Below are positions 11,378-25,200 of a stretch of 64,000 nucleotides of DNA, piece by piece. The notes under the pieces were generated by a model. It did no database searches and was not told where the DNA came from. It saw only the letters and a program-made list of their open reading frames with translations. The first letter of the stretch is position 1, and every line of letters starts with the position of its first letter. The stretch comes from Macrostomum hystrix (taxonomy: Eukaryota; Animalia; Platyhelminthes): contig CATNEN010000001.1 of assembly GCA_950097015.1 (NCBI GenBank), forward strand, positions 19,654,001-19,718,000, written 5' to 3'. The translations under genes were made by a program, and so were the position numbers.

Positions 11378-13284
11378 CGTCTGGAGTTCGAATCTGAGCA
11401 GTGAAAACCAATTGAGTTTCTGAGCTAGACAATTTCACCAGTCCATGGACATGAAGTACGCTGCAGCCTTTTAGGAAGATTTTATAGAAATCCCTCGAGG
11501 AGAATATAAAGCAATAATCAATTTATAACAAATAAACCTCCCTTTAGATACAAAATACTCACGTTAAGATTGCGAACTAAATCCAAAGTTCAGATCCCAA
11601 AAAATCCTAGCTCGTATTAAGATTGGAAATTAGATCTTTTTAAGATTAATTTTTTGACAAAGGAAAACTTAAGCTCTATTTAGTTTTTCTCCCCTGCAAT
11701 GATTTTTACGAGTCGCAATTTATTAATTAATAATTAAGTCAGCTGCGAGAGATGAGGATGTATTTTTGCATGTCTTCGATCAATTAAAAGTCAATCACTA
11801 CTCGTATGCTTATTTTGTTTTTACAATAATCAATTTGAAAGTTTATAGGGTTTTTTATTTAATGTTTTTTAATGTGCACTCGTAGTATTTTCTGTAATTA
11901 CTATTAGTTTTTGTTATTGATATATCTAGATACTTGTACTAGGGATCAGAAACTCACATGTCACAGAAAAATGAAATAAATTTTGTTTATTTTTATGCCT
12001 TATTTGAGCAACGAGAACAAACGCACATCCTTCTGCTTATAAGTAGTATTTCTATTGATTTTTTAATTCATTAATACAGAAAAGTCCATAGAATAATTTT
12101 TCTACCAATTACCGTTTATTAATCAGGCAGGACAAATTTTCAGGGACACTGAATTTACAAATATATATATATAAATTTTCACCGCATAACGGTGTACAGG
12201 GCTTAACAAAACATATCAGATCTTTAAACTGATCTTGTGACCGCGAGAGAAATTAAACAAACAGAAACAAAATTAAACTTGTTTGCAAACAAAACTAGCA
12301 GAAGTGCTGCAAAATCTTCGAGACAAATAATATGAAATTCCTGGCATAGTTGCGCTCGGGAAAATAGATCGAAAAATCACTTCTAACAGTCGAAATCTTT
12401 AATTTCCAAGAATTAACTTTTTTTCCCATGATTTATACCTAAGAACCCACAAGAGCAAAATAGTATTTTCTAGAAAAACAAATCGTTGATTTTAATATAA
12501 CAAAAATATGACACATCTAGCGACTTTACAGCACTTAAAAATGATCATTATAACATAATTAGCAAAACAAATAGACTGATTTCTATTTGTTAGCAAATTA
12601 ATGTAAAAATAAAAAAACTATTACTAATGCGCTCCAGACTACTGCAATAGCAGAAGATTAAGTAGCAAGTGGCGGGCAGGCAATGAAACAGTCGATTGAG
12701 GATAAATATTGATGCACTTTATACAGAGCTTAACTAGCCATGACACAATGACGATGATTGAATGACAGAGGAAAAAATCCAAGGTGGGGCCTTGTGCGAC
12801 GTTAATAAAAAAGTTAAACAAAAAATCGAATGCCAGGTACAATTCAGAGTTGGTTCAAAGCGCATTGCATTGACACATCAGGTTTGCTGCCTTGAGTGCG
12901 CGAAGTCTGCCATATTATTATATAGATAAAAATAGCATTTATTAGACGCAGAAAGAGAATTAGGAAAATTGGACACAAAAACAATTGTGAGCATATTAAC
13001 AGAAACTTGTTAAAGGATAGATGAACTGTGATAAAAACTAACAGAAATGTTGTAGTTAATAATTACTTACTGTAATTAAGAATGCTGAAATTGTTCAGAA
13101 TAACTAGGCCCGCAGAATACCAAGGCCCTAAAACACTCGAGTTTTTAGAACCCTTTATTTAGTCTTCAAAAAATCCCATATTATCCCATTATGTTTTAAG
13201 TTCTTGGGATCATGAAATCCCATTAAAATCCTAGCCACAGAATCCCCAAAATCCTCAGTTTGCGAGTGAGGCGAGTGCAGGCCA

Positions 13285-16200
13285 TCACCCAGCGCTCAAC
13301 AAGTGCTCAGCAGGCTGGTCGGCCTTCTCTTCTTCCTCTTCGGCCAGGAACTCGCCTCGCAGTTGGATGTCAGCCAGTTGCTGAAGGATCTCCTTGAAGC
13401 TGGGCCGCTTGCTAGGGTCCCAAGCCCAGCAGCGAAGCATGAGGTCGTACACAGGCGGGCTGGCGTGCTTGGGCCGCGAGTTGAGGCAGCCGGACTCGAG
13501 GTGCTCGAGAATCTTGCCCGGAGGCACGCCAGCGTAGGGCAGTCCTCCGAAGCTGTAGATCTCGTAGAGCAGAATGCCGTAGGCCCAGCTGCGGTGACGG
13601 GAGCGAAGAGGAGGCGGAATGTTGCGATTTCAGGCTACAGCTTGTAGCCCTAGTGTTTGTAATAGTATAATGATAATAATAATATTCCTAATCTTCTACT
13701 CGGGTTTCCTAATCTTAGATTCCAGTTTATAAATAATATATGATTCGCGTTTCCTAATGATTGATTCGGGTTTCCTAATGATTGATTCGTGTTTCCTAAT
13801 GATTGATTCGGGTTTCCTAATCTCAGATTCGTGTTTCCTAATGATTGATTCGTGTTTCCTAATGATTGATTCGGGTTTCCTAATCTCCGATTCGCGTTTC
13901 CTAATCTCCGATTCACGTTTCCTAATGATTGATTCGTGTTTCCTAATGATTGATTCGGGTTTCCTAATGATTGATTCGTGTTTCCTAATTTCAGATTCGG
14001 GTTTCCTAATGATTGATTCGTGTTTCCTAATGATTGATTCGGGTTTCCTAATGATTGATTCGTGTTTCCTAATCTCCGATTCGTGTTTCCTAATGATTGA
14101 TTCGGGTTTCCTAATGATTGATTCGTGTTTCCTAATGATTGATTCGGGTTTCCTAATGATTGATTCGTGTTTCCTAATGATTGATTCGGGTTTCCTAATC
14201 TCCGATTCGCGTTTCCTAATCTCCGATTCGCGTTTCCTAATGATTGATTCGTGTTTCCTAATGATTGATTCGTGTTTCCTAATGATTGATTCGGGTTTCC
14301 TAATGATTGATTCGTGTTTCCTAATCTCCGATTCGTGTTTCCTAATGATTGATTCGGGTTTCCTAATGATTGATTCGTGTTTCCTAATGATTGATTCGGG
14401 TTTCCTTATCTCCGATTCGCGTTTCCTAATCTCCGATTCGCGTTTCCTAATGATTGATTCGTGTTTCCTAATGATTGATTCGGGTTTCCTAATGATTGAT
14501 TCGTGTTTCCTAATGATTGATTCGTGTTTCCTAATGATTGATTCGGGTTTCCTAATCTCAGATTCGTGTTTCCTAATCTCCGATTCGGGTTTCCTAATGA
14601 TTGATTCGTGTTTCCTAATGATTGATTCGTGTTTCCTAATGATTGATTCGGGTTTCCTAAACTCCGATTCGTGTTTCCTAATGATTGATTCGTGTTTCCT
14701 AATGATTGATTCGTGTTTCCTAATGATTGATTCGTGTTTCCTAATGATTGATTCGTGTTTCCTAATGATTGATTCGTATTTCCTAATGATTGATTCGTGT
14801 TTCCTAATGATTGATTCGTGTTTCCTAATGATTGATTCGTATTTCCTAATGATTGATTCGTGTTTCCTAATGATTGATTCGTGTTTCCTAATGATTGATT
14901 CGTGTTTCCTAATGATTGATTCGTGTTTCCTAATCTCAGATTCGTGTTTCCTAATCTCAGATTCGTGTTTCCTAATGATTGATTCGTGTTTCCTAATGAT
15001 TGATTCGTGTTTCCTAATGATTGATTCGTGTTTCCTAATCTCAGATTCGTGTTTCCTAATGATTGATTCGTGTTTCCTAATGATTGATTCGTGTTTCCTA
15101 ATGATTGATTCGTGTTTCCTAATCTCAGATTCGTGTTTCCTAATTTCAGATTCGTGTTTCCTAATGATTGATTCGTGTTTCCTAATGATTGATTCGTGTT
15201 TCCTAATGATTGATTCGTGTTTCCTAATGATTGATTCGTATTTCCTAATGATTGATTCGTGTTTCCTAATGATTGATTCGTGTTTCCTAATGATTGATTC
15301 GTGTTTCCTAATCTCCGATTCGGGATTCCTAATCTCCGATTCGGGTTTCCTAATCTCCGATTCGTGTTTCCTAATCTCCGATTCGGGTTTCCTAATCTCC
15401 GATTCGGGTGTCCATGCCCGGCCTCCTAAATAGGGGTAATTCTAGATGCTAAGTGTTCGCTTACATCCCACACACAGATACTGGAGGCTGAGCCATAAAA
15501 CACGTCACGTGATCGACTGCTACCCCACCCCAATGGGCCCTCGAAACATAAGCCATCGAACCCTGGGTCGGGGTTTAGTTTAACCTAGTCACAGTTACAC
15601 TGATTGTTGCGCTCGCTCGACCACTTGGGGATGAGGGGGATAAATTTCCCCACCACTGCGTAAGACCATTTGTTCCCTCGCATTAAGCATTGGGTTAGAA
15701 ATACATACGAGGATATCGCTGTGGGGATTTCAATTGAAAGGAAAATGGGCTGTAAATTCTTCCTTAGCCTAAGGACTCGGATGACACAGCTGCTGTCCTC
15801 ACGGCCAGTTTCCATTCCCATTAGGCGGCCCCACCCTCCAGATTCATTCCCAACCCGACCATCAGAGCCATGATGTCAGCCGATACTCGGGGGCAGTGAG
15901 GGCAGTGGGGCACTGAAGGCTTCTAAGACTGCTTCTAGCGGTTACCAAGAACCTTTGATAGGATTTCTTCACCAAAACAATGCAAGGAATTGATACTGAT
16001 GGACATTGCACTGCTTTTAACAAAGTCTAATTTTATTTTTCCCTTATTTTATATGATTTCAATCACATCCCAAAAGATCTACATGAAACTGAATAAAACA
16101 ATCAATATTTTAAGCTTTCAGATCCTCCTTAATCCCATTCAGATCCTGAACAATCCCATTCAGATCCTGAATAATCCCATTCAGATCCTGAATAATCCCA

Positions 16201-19200
16201 TTCAGATCCTGAATAATCCCATTCAGATCCTGAACAATCCCATTCAGATCCTGAATAATCCCATTCAGATCCTGAATAATCCCATTCAGATCCTGAACAA
16301 TCCCATTCAGATCCTGAATAATCCCATTCAGATCCTAAGTAATCCCATTCAGATCCTGAATAATCCCATTCAGATCCTGAATAATCCCATTCAGATCCTA
16401 AGTAATCCCATTCAGATCCTGAACAATCCCATTCAGATCCTGAATAATCCCATTCAGATCCTAAGTAATCCCATTCAGATCCTGAGTAATCCCATTCAGA
16501 TCCTGAACAATCCCATTCAGATCCTGAGTAATCCCATTCAGATCCTGAATAATCCCATTCAGATCCTGAATAATCCCATTCAGATCCTGAACAATCCCAT
16601 TCAGATCCTGAATAATCCCATTCAGATCCTGAACAATCCCATTCAGATCCTGAGTAATCCCATTCAGATCCTGAATAATCCCATTCAGATCCTGAACAAT
16701 CCCATTCAGATCCTGAATAATCCCATTCAGATCCTAAGTAATCCCATTCAGATCCTGAATAATCCCATTCAGATCCTAAGTAATCCCATTCAGATCCTGA
16801 ATAATCCCATTCAGATCCTGAATAATCCCATTCAGATCCTGAATAATCCCATTCAGATCCTGAACAATCCCATTCAGATCCTGAGTAATCCCATTCAGAT
16901 CCTGAATAATCCCATTCAGATCCTGAGTAATCCCATTCAGATCCTGAATAATCCCATTCAGATCCTGAACAATCCCATTCAGATCCTGAATAATCCCATT
17001 CAGATCCTAAGTAATCCCATTCAGATCCTGAATAATCCCATTCAGATCCTGAATAATCCCATTCAGATCCTGAACAATCCCATTCAGATCCTGAGTAAGT
17101 GGAGATTAAATTAAATATATTCTATGCATGTAAGCTAAAAAGTATGGATTCGGATAGCTAAAAGCCTTTATGAAGAATAACAAATATAACTCTACTCACA
17201 CATCAGACTTGGTTGAGAAGACTCGCGATCGCAGGCACTCGGGGGCTAGCCACTTCACTGGCAGTTTGCCCTGCACATTTTTAGGAAAAATAAATAACAA
17301 TTTAATAAATAGTTGGCTTTTAGAATCGATTGGAAAATGAACATGCTTCTTCCAAATGATTTCACGTTAGTGCATTGTCTGTCTTTTAGTGAAGAATCGG
17401 TGCGGAGAAACTGTAGAGGGATGAATTGGGAGCGGGAAGAGGGAGAACGAAAGAGGAAGAGGGAAGAAAGAGAGGAGAGAGGGAGAGGCGATTAAGATGA
17501 AGAGGTAGAGGCTCCACAGTCTGATGCCTGGGATCCACTGTTAAATTCATAACACCCAGGTGTCACAACAGAGCAATAAACACGGTCTTAGTTGGGATTC
17601 CATTTAAACGCGATAGAGGCAAATACAAGCAGTTACTAGCCGTGGGTATTCACTGCCGTGGATAAGGCTGTTTCATCTGTAGCCGACGCGATAGGTAAAA
17701 CTAGCTGAATAATTCTTCTAGCTGGCTAAAAATAAATGAATATAATAAACCTTTTTATGCCGGTGCTGATTTCAATGGGCAGAAGAAAATTTATGGCCAG
17801 TGTGAGGATAAGGGTAACGTGAGACAAAGAGATCACAGCCGCCGTTATATCAGGACTAAACTTACTGACGGAGGATCGCTTAGTGCACTAAAATCAGACA
17901 CCTTAGCGAGGCCGGATTCAACAAAGACCTGCTGCAGCACTGATCCGATGCACCCAAACTGAACTCGCTCCACTCCCGAGACACTTGCACTGACCTTGAT
18001 AGCACCTTCAACACACCCTCCCATTATCTTCTCCCAGCCTCCCATTACCTTCTCCCAGCCTCCCATTACCTTCTCCCAGCCTCCCATTATCTTCTCCCAG
18101 CCTCCCATTACCTTCTCCCAGCCTCCCATTACCTTCTCCCAGCCTCCCATTACCTTCTCCCAGCCTCCCATTACCTTCTCCCAGCCTCCCATTACCTTCT
18201 CCCAGCCTCCCATTATCTTCTCCCAGCCTCCCATTACCTTCTCCCAGCCTCCCATTACCTTCTCCCAGCCTCCCATTACCTTCTCCCAGCCTCCCATTAC
18301 CTTCTCCCAGCCTCCCATTATCTTCTCCCAGCCTCCCATTACCTTCTCCCAGCCTCCCATTACCTTCTCCCAGCCTCCCATTACCTTCTCCCAGCCTCCC
18401 ATTACCTTCTCCCAGCCTCCCATTATCTTCTCCCAGCCTCCCATTACCTTCTCCCAGCCTCCCATTACCTTCTCCCAGCCTCCCATTACCTTCTCCCAGC
18501 CTCCCATTACCTTCTCCCAGCCTCCCATTATCTTCTCCCAGCCTCCCATTACCTTCTCCCAGCCTCCCATTACCTTCTCCCAGCCTCCCATTACCTTCTC
18601 CCAGCCTCCCATTACCTTCTCCCAGCCTCCCATTACCTTCTCCCAGCCTCCCATTATCTTCTCCCAGCCTCCCATTACCTTCTCCCAGCCTCCCATTACC
18701 TTCTCCCAGCCTCCCATTATCTCTCCCAGCCTCCCATTACCTTCTCCCAGCCTCCCATTATCTCTCCCAGCCTCCCATTATCTCTCCCAGCCTCCCATTA
18801 TCTTCTCCCAGCCTCCCATTATGTCTCCCAGCCTCCCATTATGTCTCCCAGCCTCCCATTATCTCTCCCAGACTCCCTTCGTCTCCCCCAACCTCAGATG
18901 TGAGAGGGAGATAAGGGAGAGAAGAAGAGGCAGAGGGGAGGACTCACCTCATTGATGACTCGGTAATAATCCTTTTCTTGCACATTCCTTGTCAATCCAA
19001 AGTCGGCCACTTTAGCAACCAAGTTGCCGTCGTTTAAGTCGCTGTTGGCAACCAGAATGTTCCTAGCGGCAATGTCGCGATGAACTATCTGCGATTTCAT
19101 TTAACGAGTATCAAATATAAGTATTCTATAAATAAAGAAACACTTTTGAAAAATATTTAATTACAAGAAAAAGTATACATAAAGTAAAACGAAATGCAAG

Positions 19201-22200
19201 TCATAACCATTTTGAATGCGATTAAAATTCTATTATTTGGTCAGAGAGTGAAAAATCACAAGGAGAGTGATAGAAGAGTGACTGCGCGAGTGACTTGAAG
19301 AGTGATAGGAAAGTGACGGGGAGAGTGATAGGAGAGTGATCTCGGAGTGAAGAGTGACTGGGAGAGTGATCTCGGAGTAAAGAGTGACTGGGAGAGTGAT
19401 CTCGGAGTAAAGAGTGACTGTGGATAGTGATCTCGGAGTGAAGAGTGACTGGGAGAGTGATCTCGGAGTGAAGAGTGACTGGGAGAGTGATCTCGGAGTG
19501 AAGAGTGACTGGGAGAGTGATCTCGGAGTAAAGAGTGACTGTGAGAGTGATCTCGGAGTGAAGAGTGACTGGGAGAGTGATCTCGGAGTGAAGAGTGACT
19601 GGGAGAGTGATCTCGGAGTGAAGAGTGACTGGGAGAGTGATCTCGGAGTGAAGAGTGACTGTGAGAGTGATCTCGGAGTGAAGAGTAACTGGGAGAGTGA
19701 TCTCGGAGTGACGAGTGACTGTGAGAGTGATCTCGGAGTAAAGAGTGACTGGGAGAGTGATCTCGGAGTGAAGAGTGACTGGGCGAGAGTGACCGAACCA
19801 GATTATATCGAGTGATTCCCAGAATGGCTGTGTGAGTGATAAGTGGCATAACTGAATGGAGTGTGATTTGCAAGTCGAATTTGAAAAATGTTAATCTCGC
19901 GGCAATCCTATTTCTTCACCGCAATGTCAAATGCTGAAAGGTCGAACTACCATATTTCATAATTCATTGTGGAAAGAAATACTTTCAAGCGGATCGTGAG
20001 GGTCGTCACGTTCTACTTAAGTAAATAAGAATATAGCGAATTATTGGGTGCCTGGATATCCAGGCAGGGGACGACTTCGTGTTTTGATACCCGCGGAAAA
20101 GCCGGATGTGAATTTGCGAGGTGAAAGCCATGAAGCTGCGGAAAATGCATTTGTTAGACACTACAGTCTGGGCCCATTGGACAAAGAGGGTCTGCAGACT
20201 GAAAAAAATTATGGAGTCTGCAGCGAATAATCACCTTGATGGAGGCCATGAAGTCCAGAGCGTTGGCCACATCAGCTGCAAACTGCAACAGCAGGCGGCT
20301 GGACACACAGGGAATGTACTGCATCCGCTTGGTGCCCGGGTGCAGGTTGTGGTACTCAACCTGAACTCGATCAGCGAGGCAGCGCTCCTTCAGGAAATCG
20401 CGAAGGTTGCCATGTTGAGCCAGCTCCACCAGCAGCAGAAATGGACCTGAAATGGTTTGGAGTGACTAAAGTGCCATCTGTGATAGGAAGAGTGACAAGA
20501 GAGCCACCTGTCACCTGGGAGATTGAAAATAATAATCAGGGAGAGTGACAAAAGTGATCAGTGAGAGTGGCAAGAGTGATCAGTAGAGAGAGACAAGAGT
20601 GATCAGGGTGAGTGACAAGAGTGATCAGTAGAGAGTGACAAGAGTGATCAGGGAGAGTGACAAGAGTGATCAGGGACAGTGACAAGAGTGATCAGGGACA
20701 GTGACAAGAGTGATCAGGGACAGTGACAATAGTGATCAGTAGAGTGGCAAGAGTGATCAGTGAGAGTGACAAGAGTGATCAGGGTGAGTGACAAGAGTGA
20801 TCAGTAGAGAGTGACAAGAGTGATCAGTAGAGTGGCAAGAGTGATCAGTGAGAGTGACAAGAGTGATCAGTAGAGTGGCAAGAGTGATCAGTAGAGAGAG
20901 ACAAGAGTGATCAGGGTGAGTGACAAGAGTGATCAGTAGAGACTGACAAAAGTGATCAGTGAGAGTGACAAGAGTGATCAGGGACAGTGACAAGAGTGAT
21001 CAGGGACAGTGACAAGAGTGATCAGGGACAGTGACAAGAGTGATCAGTGAGAGTGACAAGAGTGATCAGTAGAGTGGCAAGAGTGATCAGTGAGAGTGAC
21101 AAGAGTGATCAGGGTGAGTGACAAGAGTGATCAGTGAGAGTGACAAGAGTGATCAGTAGAGTGGCAAGAGTGATCAGTAGAGAGAGACAAGAGTGATCAG
21201 GGTGAGTGACAAGAGTGATCAGTAGAGAGTGACAAGAGTGATCAGTAGAGTGGCAAGAGTGATCAGTGAGAGTGACAATAGTGATCAGTGAGAGTGACAA
21301 GAGTGATCAGGGACAGTGACAAGAGTGATCAGGGACAGTGACAAGAGTGATCAGGGACAGTGACAAGAGTGATCAGTGAGAGTGACAAGAGTGATCAGTG
21401 AGAGTGACAAGAGTGATCAGGGTGAGTGACAAGAGTGATCAGTAGAGAGTGACAAGAGTGATCAGTAGAGTGGCAAGAGTGATCAGTGAGAGTGACAAGA
21501 GTGATCAGGGTGAGTGACAAGAGTGATCAGTGAGAGTGACAAGAGTGATCAGTAGAGTGGCAAGAGTGATCAGTAGAGAGAGACAAGAGTGATCAGGGTG
21601 AGTGACAAGAGTGATCAGTAGAGAGTGACAAGAGTGATCAGTAGAGTGGCAAGAGTGATCAGTGAGAGTGACAAGAGTGATCAGTGAGAGTGACAAGAGT
21701 GATCAGTAGAGTGGCAAGAGTGATCAGTAGAGAGAGACAAGAGTGATCAGGGTGAGTGACAAGAGTGATCAGTGAGAGTGAAAAGAGTGATCAGTAGAGA
21801 GAGACCAGAGTGATCAGGGTGAGTGGCAAGAGTGATCAGTGAGAGTGACAATAGTGATCAGTGAGAGTGACAAGAGTGATCAGGGACAGTGACAAGAGTG
21901 ATCAGGGACAGTGACAAGAGTGATCAGGGACAGTGACAAGAGTGATCAGTGAGAGTGACAAGAGTGATCAGTGAGAGTGACAAGAGTGATCAGGGTGAGT
22001 GACAAGAGTGATCAGTAGAGAGTGACAAGAGTGATCAGTAGAGTGGCAAGAGTGATCAGTGAGAGTGACAAGAGTGATCAGGGACAGTGACAAGAGTGAT
22101 CAGGGACAGTGACAAGAGTGATCAGGGACAGTGACAAGAGTGATCAGTGAGAGTGACAAGAGTGATCAGTGAGAGTGACAAGAGTGATCAGGGTGAGTGA

Positions 22201-25200
22201 CAAGAGTGATCAGTAGAGAGTGACAAGAGTGATCAGTAGAGTGGCAAGAGTGATCAGTGAGAGTGACAAGAGTGATCAGGGTGAGTGACAAGAGTGATCA
22301 GTGAGAGTGACAAGAGTGATCAGTAGAGTGGCAAGAGTGATCAGTAGAGAGAGACAAGAGTGATCAGGGTGAGTGACAAGAGTGATCAGTAGAGAGTGAC
22401 AAGAGTGATCAGTAGAGTGGCAAGAGTGATCAGTGAGAGTGACAAGAGTGATCAGTGAGAGTGACAAGAGTGATCAGTAGAGTGGCAAGAGTGATCAGTA
22501 GAGAGAGACAAGAGTGATCAGGGTGAGTGACAAGAGTGATCAGTGAGAGTGAAAAGAGTGATCAGTAGAGAGAGACCAGAGTGATCAGGGTGAGTGACAA
22601 GAGTGATCAGTGAGAGTGACAAGAGTGATCAGTAGAGTGGCAAGAGTGATCAGTAGAGAGAGACAAGAGTGATCAGGGTGAGTGACAAGAGTGATCAGGG
22701 ACAGTGACAAGAGTGATCAGTAGAGAGTGACAAGAGTGATCAGGGAGAGTGACAAGAGTGATCAGGGACAGTGACAAGAGTGATCAGTAGAGTGGCAAGA
22801 GTGATCAGTGAGAGTGACAAGAGTGATCAAGGAGAGTGACAAGAGTGATCAGGGACAGTGACAAGAGTGATCAGTAGAGAGTGACAAGAGTGATCAGGGA
22901 GAGTGACAAGAGTGATCAGGGACAGTGACAAGAGTGATCAGTAGAGTGGCAAGAGTGATCAGTGAGAGTGACAAGAGTGATCAGGGTGAGTGACAAGAGT
23001 GATCAGTGAGAGTGACAAGAGTGATCAGTAGAGTGGCAAGAGTGATCAGTAGAGAGAGACAAGAGTGATCAGGGTGAGTGACAAGAGTGATCAGTAGAGA
23101 GTGACAAGAGTGATCAGTAGAGAGTGACAAGAGTGATCAGTAGAGTGGCAAGAGTGATCAGTGAGAGTGACAAGAGTGATCAGGGTGAGTGACAAGAGTG
23201 ATCAGTGAGAGTGACAAGAGTGATCAGTAGAGTGGCAAGAGTGATCAGTAGAGAGAGACAAGAGTGATCAGGGTGAGTGACAAGAGTGATCAGTAGAGAG
23301 TGACAAGAGTGATCAGTAGAGTGGCAAGAGTGATCAGTGAGAGTGACAAGAGTGATCAGTGAGAGTGACAAGAGTGATCAGTAGAGTGGCAAGAGTGATC
23401 AGTAGAGAGAGACAAGAGTGATCAGGGTGAGTGACAAGAGTGATCAGTGAGAGTGAAAAGAGTGATCAGTAGAGAGAGACCAGAGTGATCAGGGTGAGTG
23501 ACAAGAGTGATCAGTGAGAGTGACAAGAGTGATCAGTAGAGTGGCAAGAGTGATCAGTAGAGAGAGACAAGAGTGATCAGGGTGAGTGACAAGAGTGATC
23601 AGGGACAGTGACAAGAGTGATCAGTAGAGAGTGACAAGAGTGATCAGGGAGAGTGACAAGAGTGATCAGGGACAGTGACAAGAGTGATCAGTAGAGTGGC
23701 AAGAGTGATCAGTGAGAGTGACAAGAGTGATCAAGGAGAGTGACAAGAGTGATCAGGGACAGTGACAAGAGTGATCAGTAGAGAGTGACAAGAGTGATCA
23801 GGGAGAGTGACAAGAGTGATCAGGGACAGTGACAAGAGTGATCAGTAGAGTGGCAAGAGTGATCAGTGAGAGTGACAAGAGTGATCAGGGTGAGTGACAA
23901 GAGTGATCAGTAGAGTTTTAAGTGATCGCAGAGAGTAAAAATGGAAACAATTTCCAGGTAAACAGCAGATGGCAAAGTGGCTGGAAGTGTCTGTACACAG
24001 AAAGCAGCTTTGAAGGCGCCAGTCAGGTGACACAGCGGATTCATACCAAGGACATGCAACTATGGATGGTTCTTTGTTCCAGCCGAGACGAAACCTGGTT
24101 CCAGACCCAGATGCCTTCAGTGATATGTTAGTCAGGTGCTATTTTGCTAGTTAGTAGTTCATTTAGTGAAACAAAGACCTGCAGTTGATTTTCTTAGTCC
24201 TTTTTTATCGTCATCTATGCGAACTGGAATAAACACTATCTGATGATAAAGTACTCTAATCAAGAGACAATGTGCATCCCATGCTAGCAATCCTTCATTC
24301 CGATGGGAATTGGGCGTCGATAACAATCTTGTGGATCAAAACAGATTTTTCCTGTTGTAAAATAGTTAGACTAAATAGAGTGAATAACAATTTACAATCA
24401 AGTTTTGTGAACAGCCTGTACCGTTTTTTGTCGATTTAAAACGTATAATTTGAAACAAAAAGTCACAAAAGATAGTCAATTATCACACCTGACTCTAGAT
24501 CTATCTCAGAACAATGTCACTCCTGACTAATATCAGAACAATGTCACTCCTGACTAATATCAGAACAATGTCACTCCAGACTAATAACAGGACAGTGTCA
24601 CTCCAGACTAATATCAGAACAATGTCACTCCAGACTAATATCAGAACAATGTCACTCCAGACTAATAACAGGACAGTGTCACTCCAGACTAATATCAGAA
24701 CAATGTCACTCCAGACTAATATCAGAACAATGTCACTCCAGACTAATATCAGAAAAATGTCACTCCAGACTAATATCAGAACAATGTCACTCCAGACTAA
24801 TATCAGAACAATGTCACTCCAGACTAATATCAGAACAGTGTCACTCCAGACTAATATCAGAACAATGTCACTCCTGACTAATATCAGAACAGTGTCACTC
24901 CAGACTAATATCAGAACAATGTCACTCCAGACTAATATCAGAACAGTGTCACTCCAGACTAATATCAGAACAATGTCACTGCTGACTAATATCAGAACAA
25001 TGTCACTCCAGACTAATATCAGAACAATGTCACTCCAGACTAATATCAGAAAAATGTCACTCCAGACTAATATCAGAACAATGTCACTCCAGACTAATAT
25101 CAGAAAAATGTCACTCCAGACTAATATCAGAACAATGTCACTCCTGACTAATATCAGAACAATGTCACTCCTGACTAATAACAGAAAAATGTCACTCCAG

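Noticed and set aside
15440-15950. Possible LTR or primer-binding-site fragment (TGGTAACCGCT on the minus strand)
   Set aside because: No paired LTR, TG..CA ends, TSD or coding remnant could be shown.
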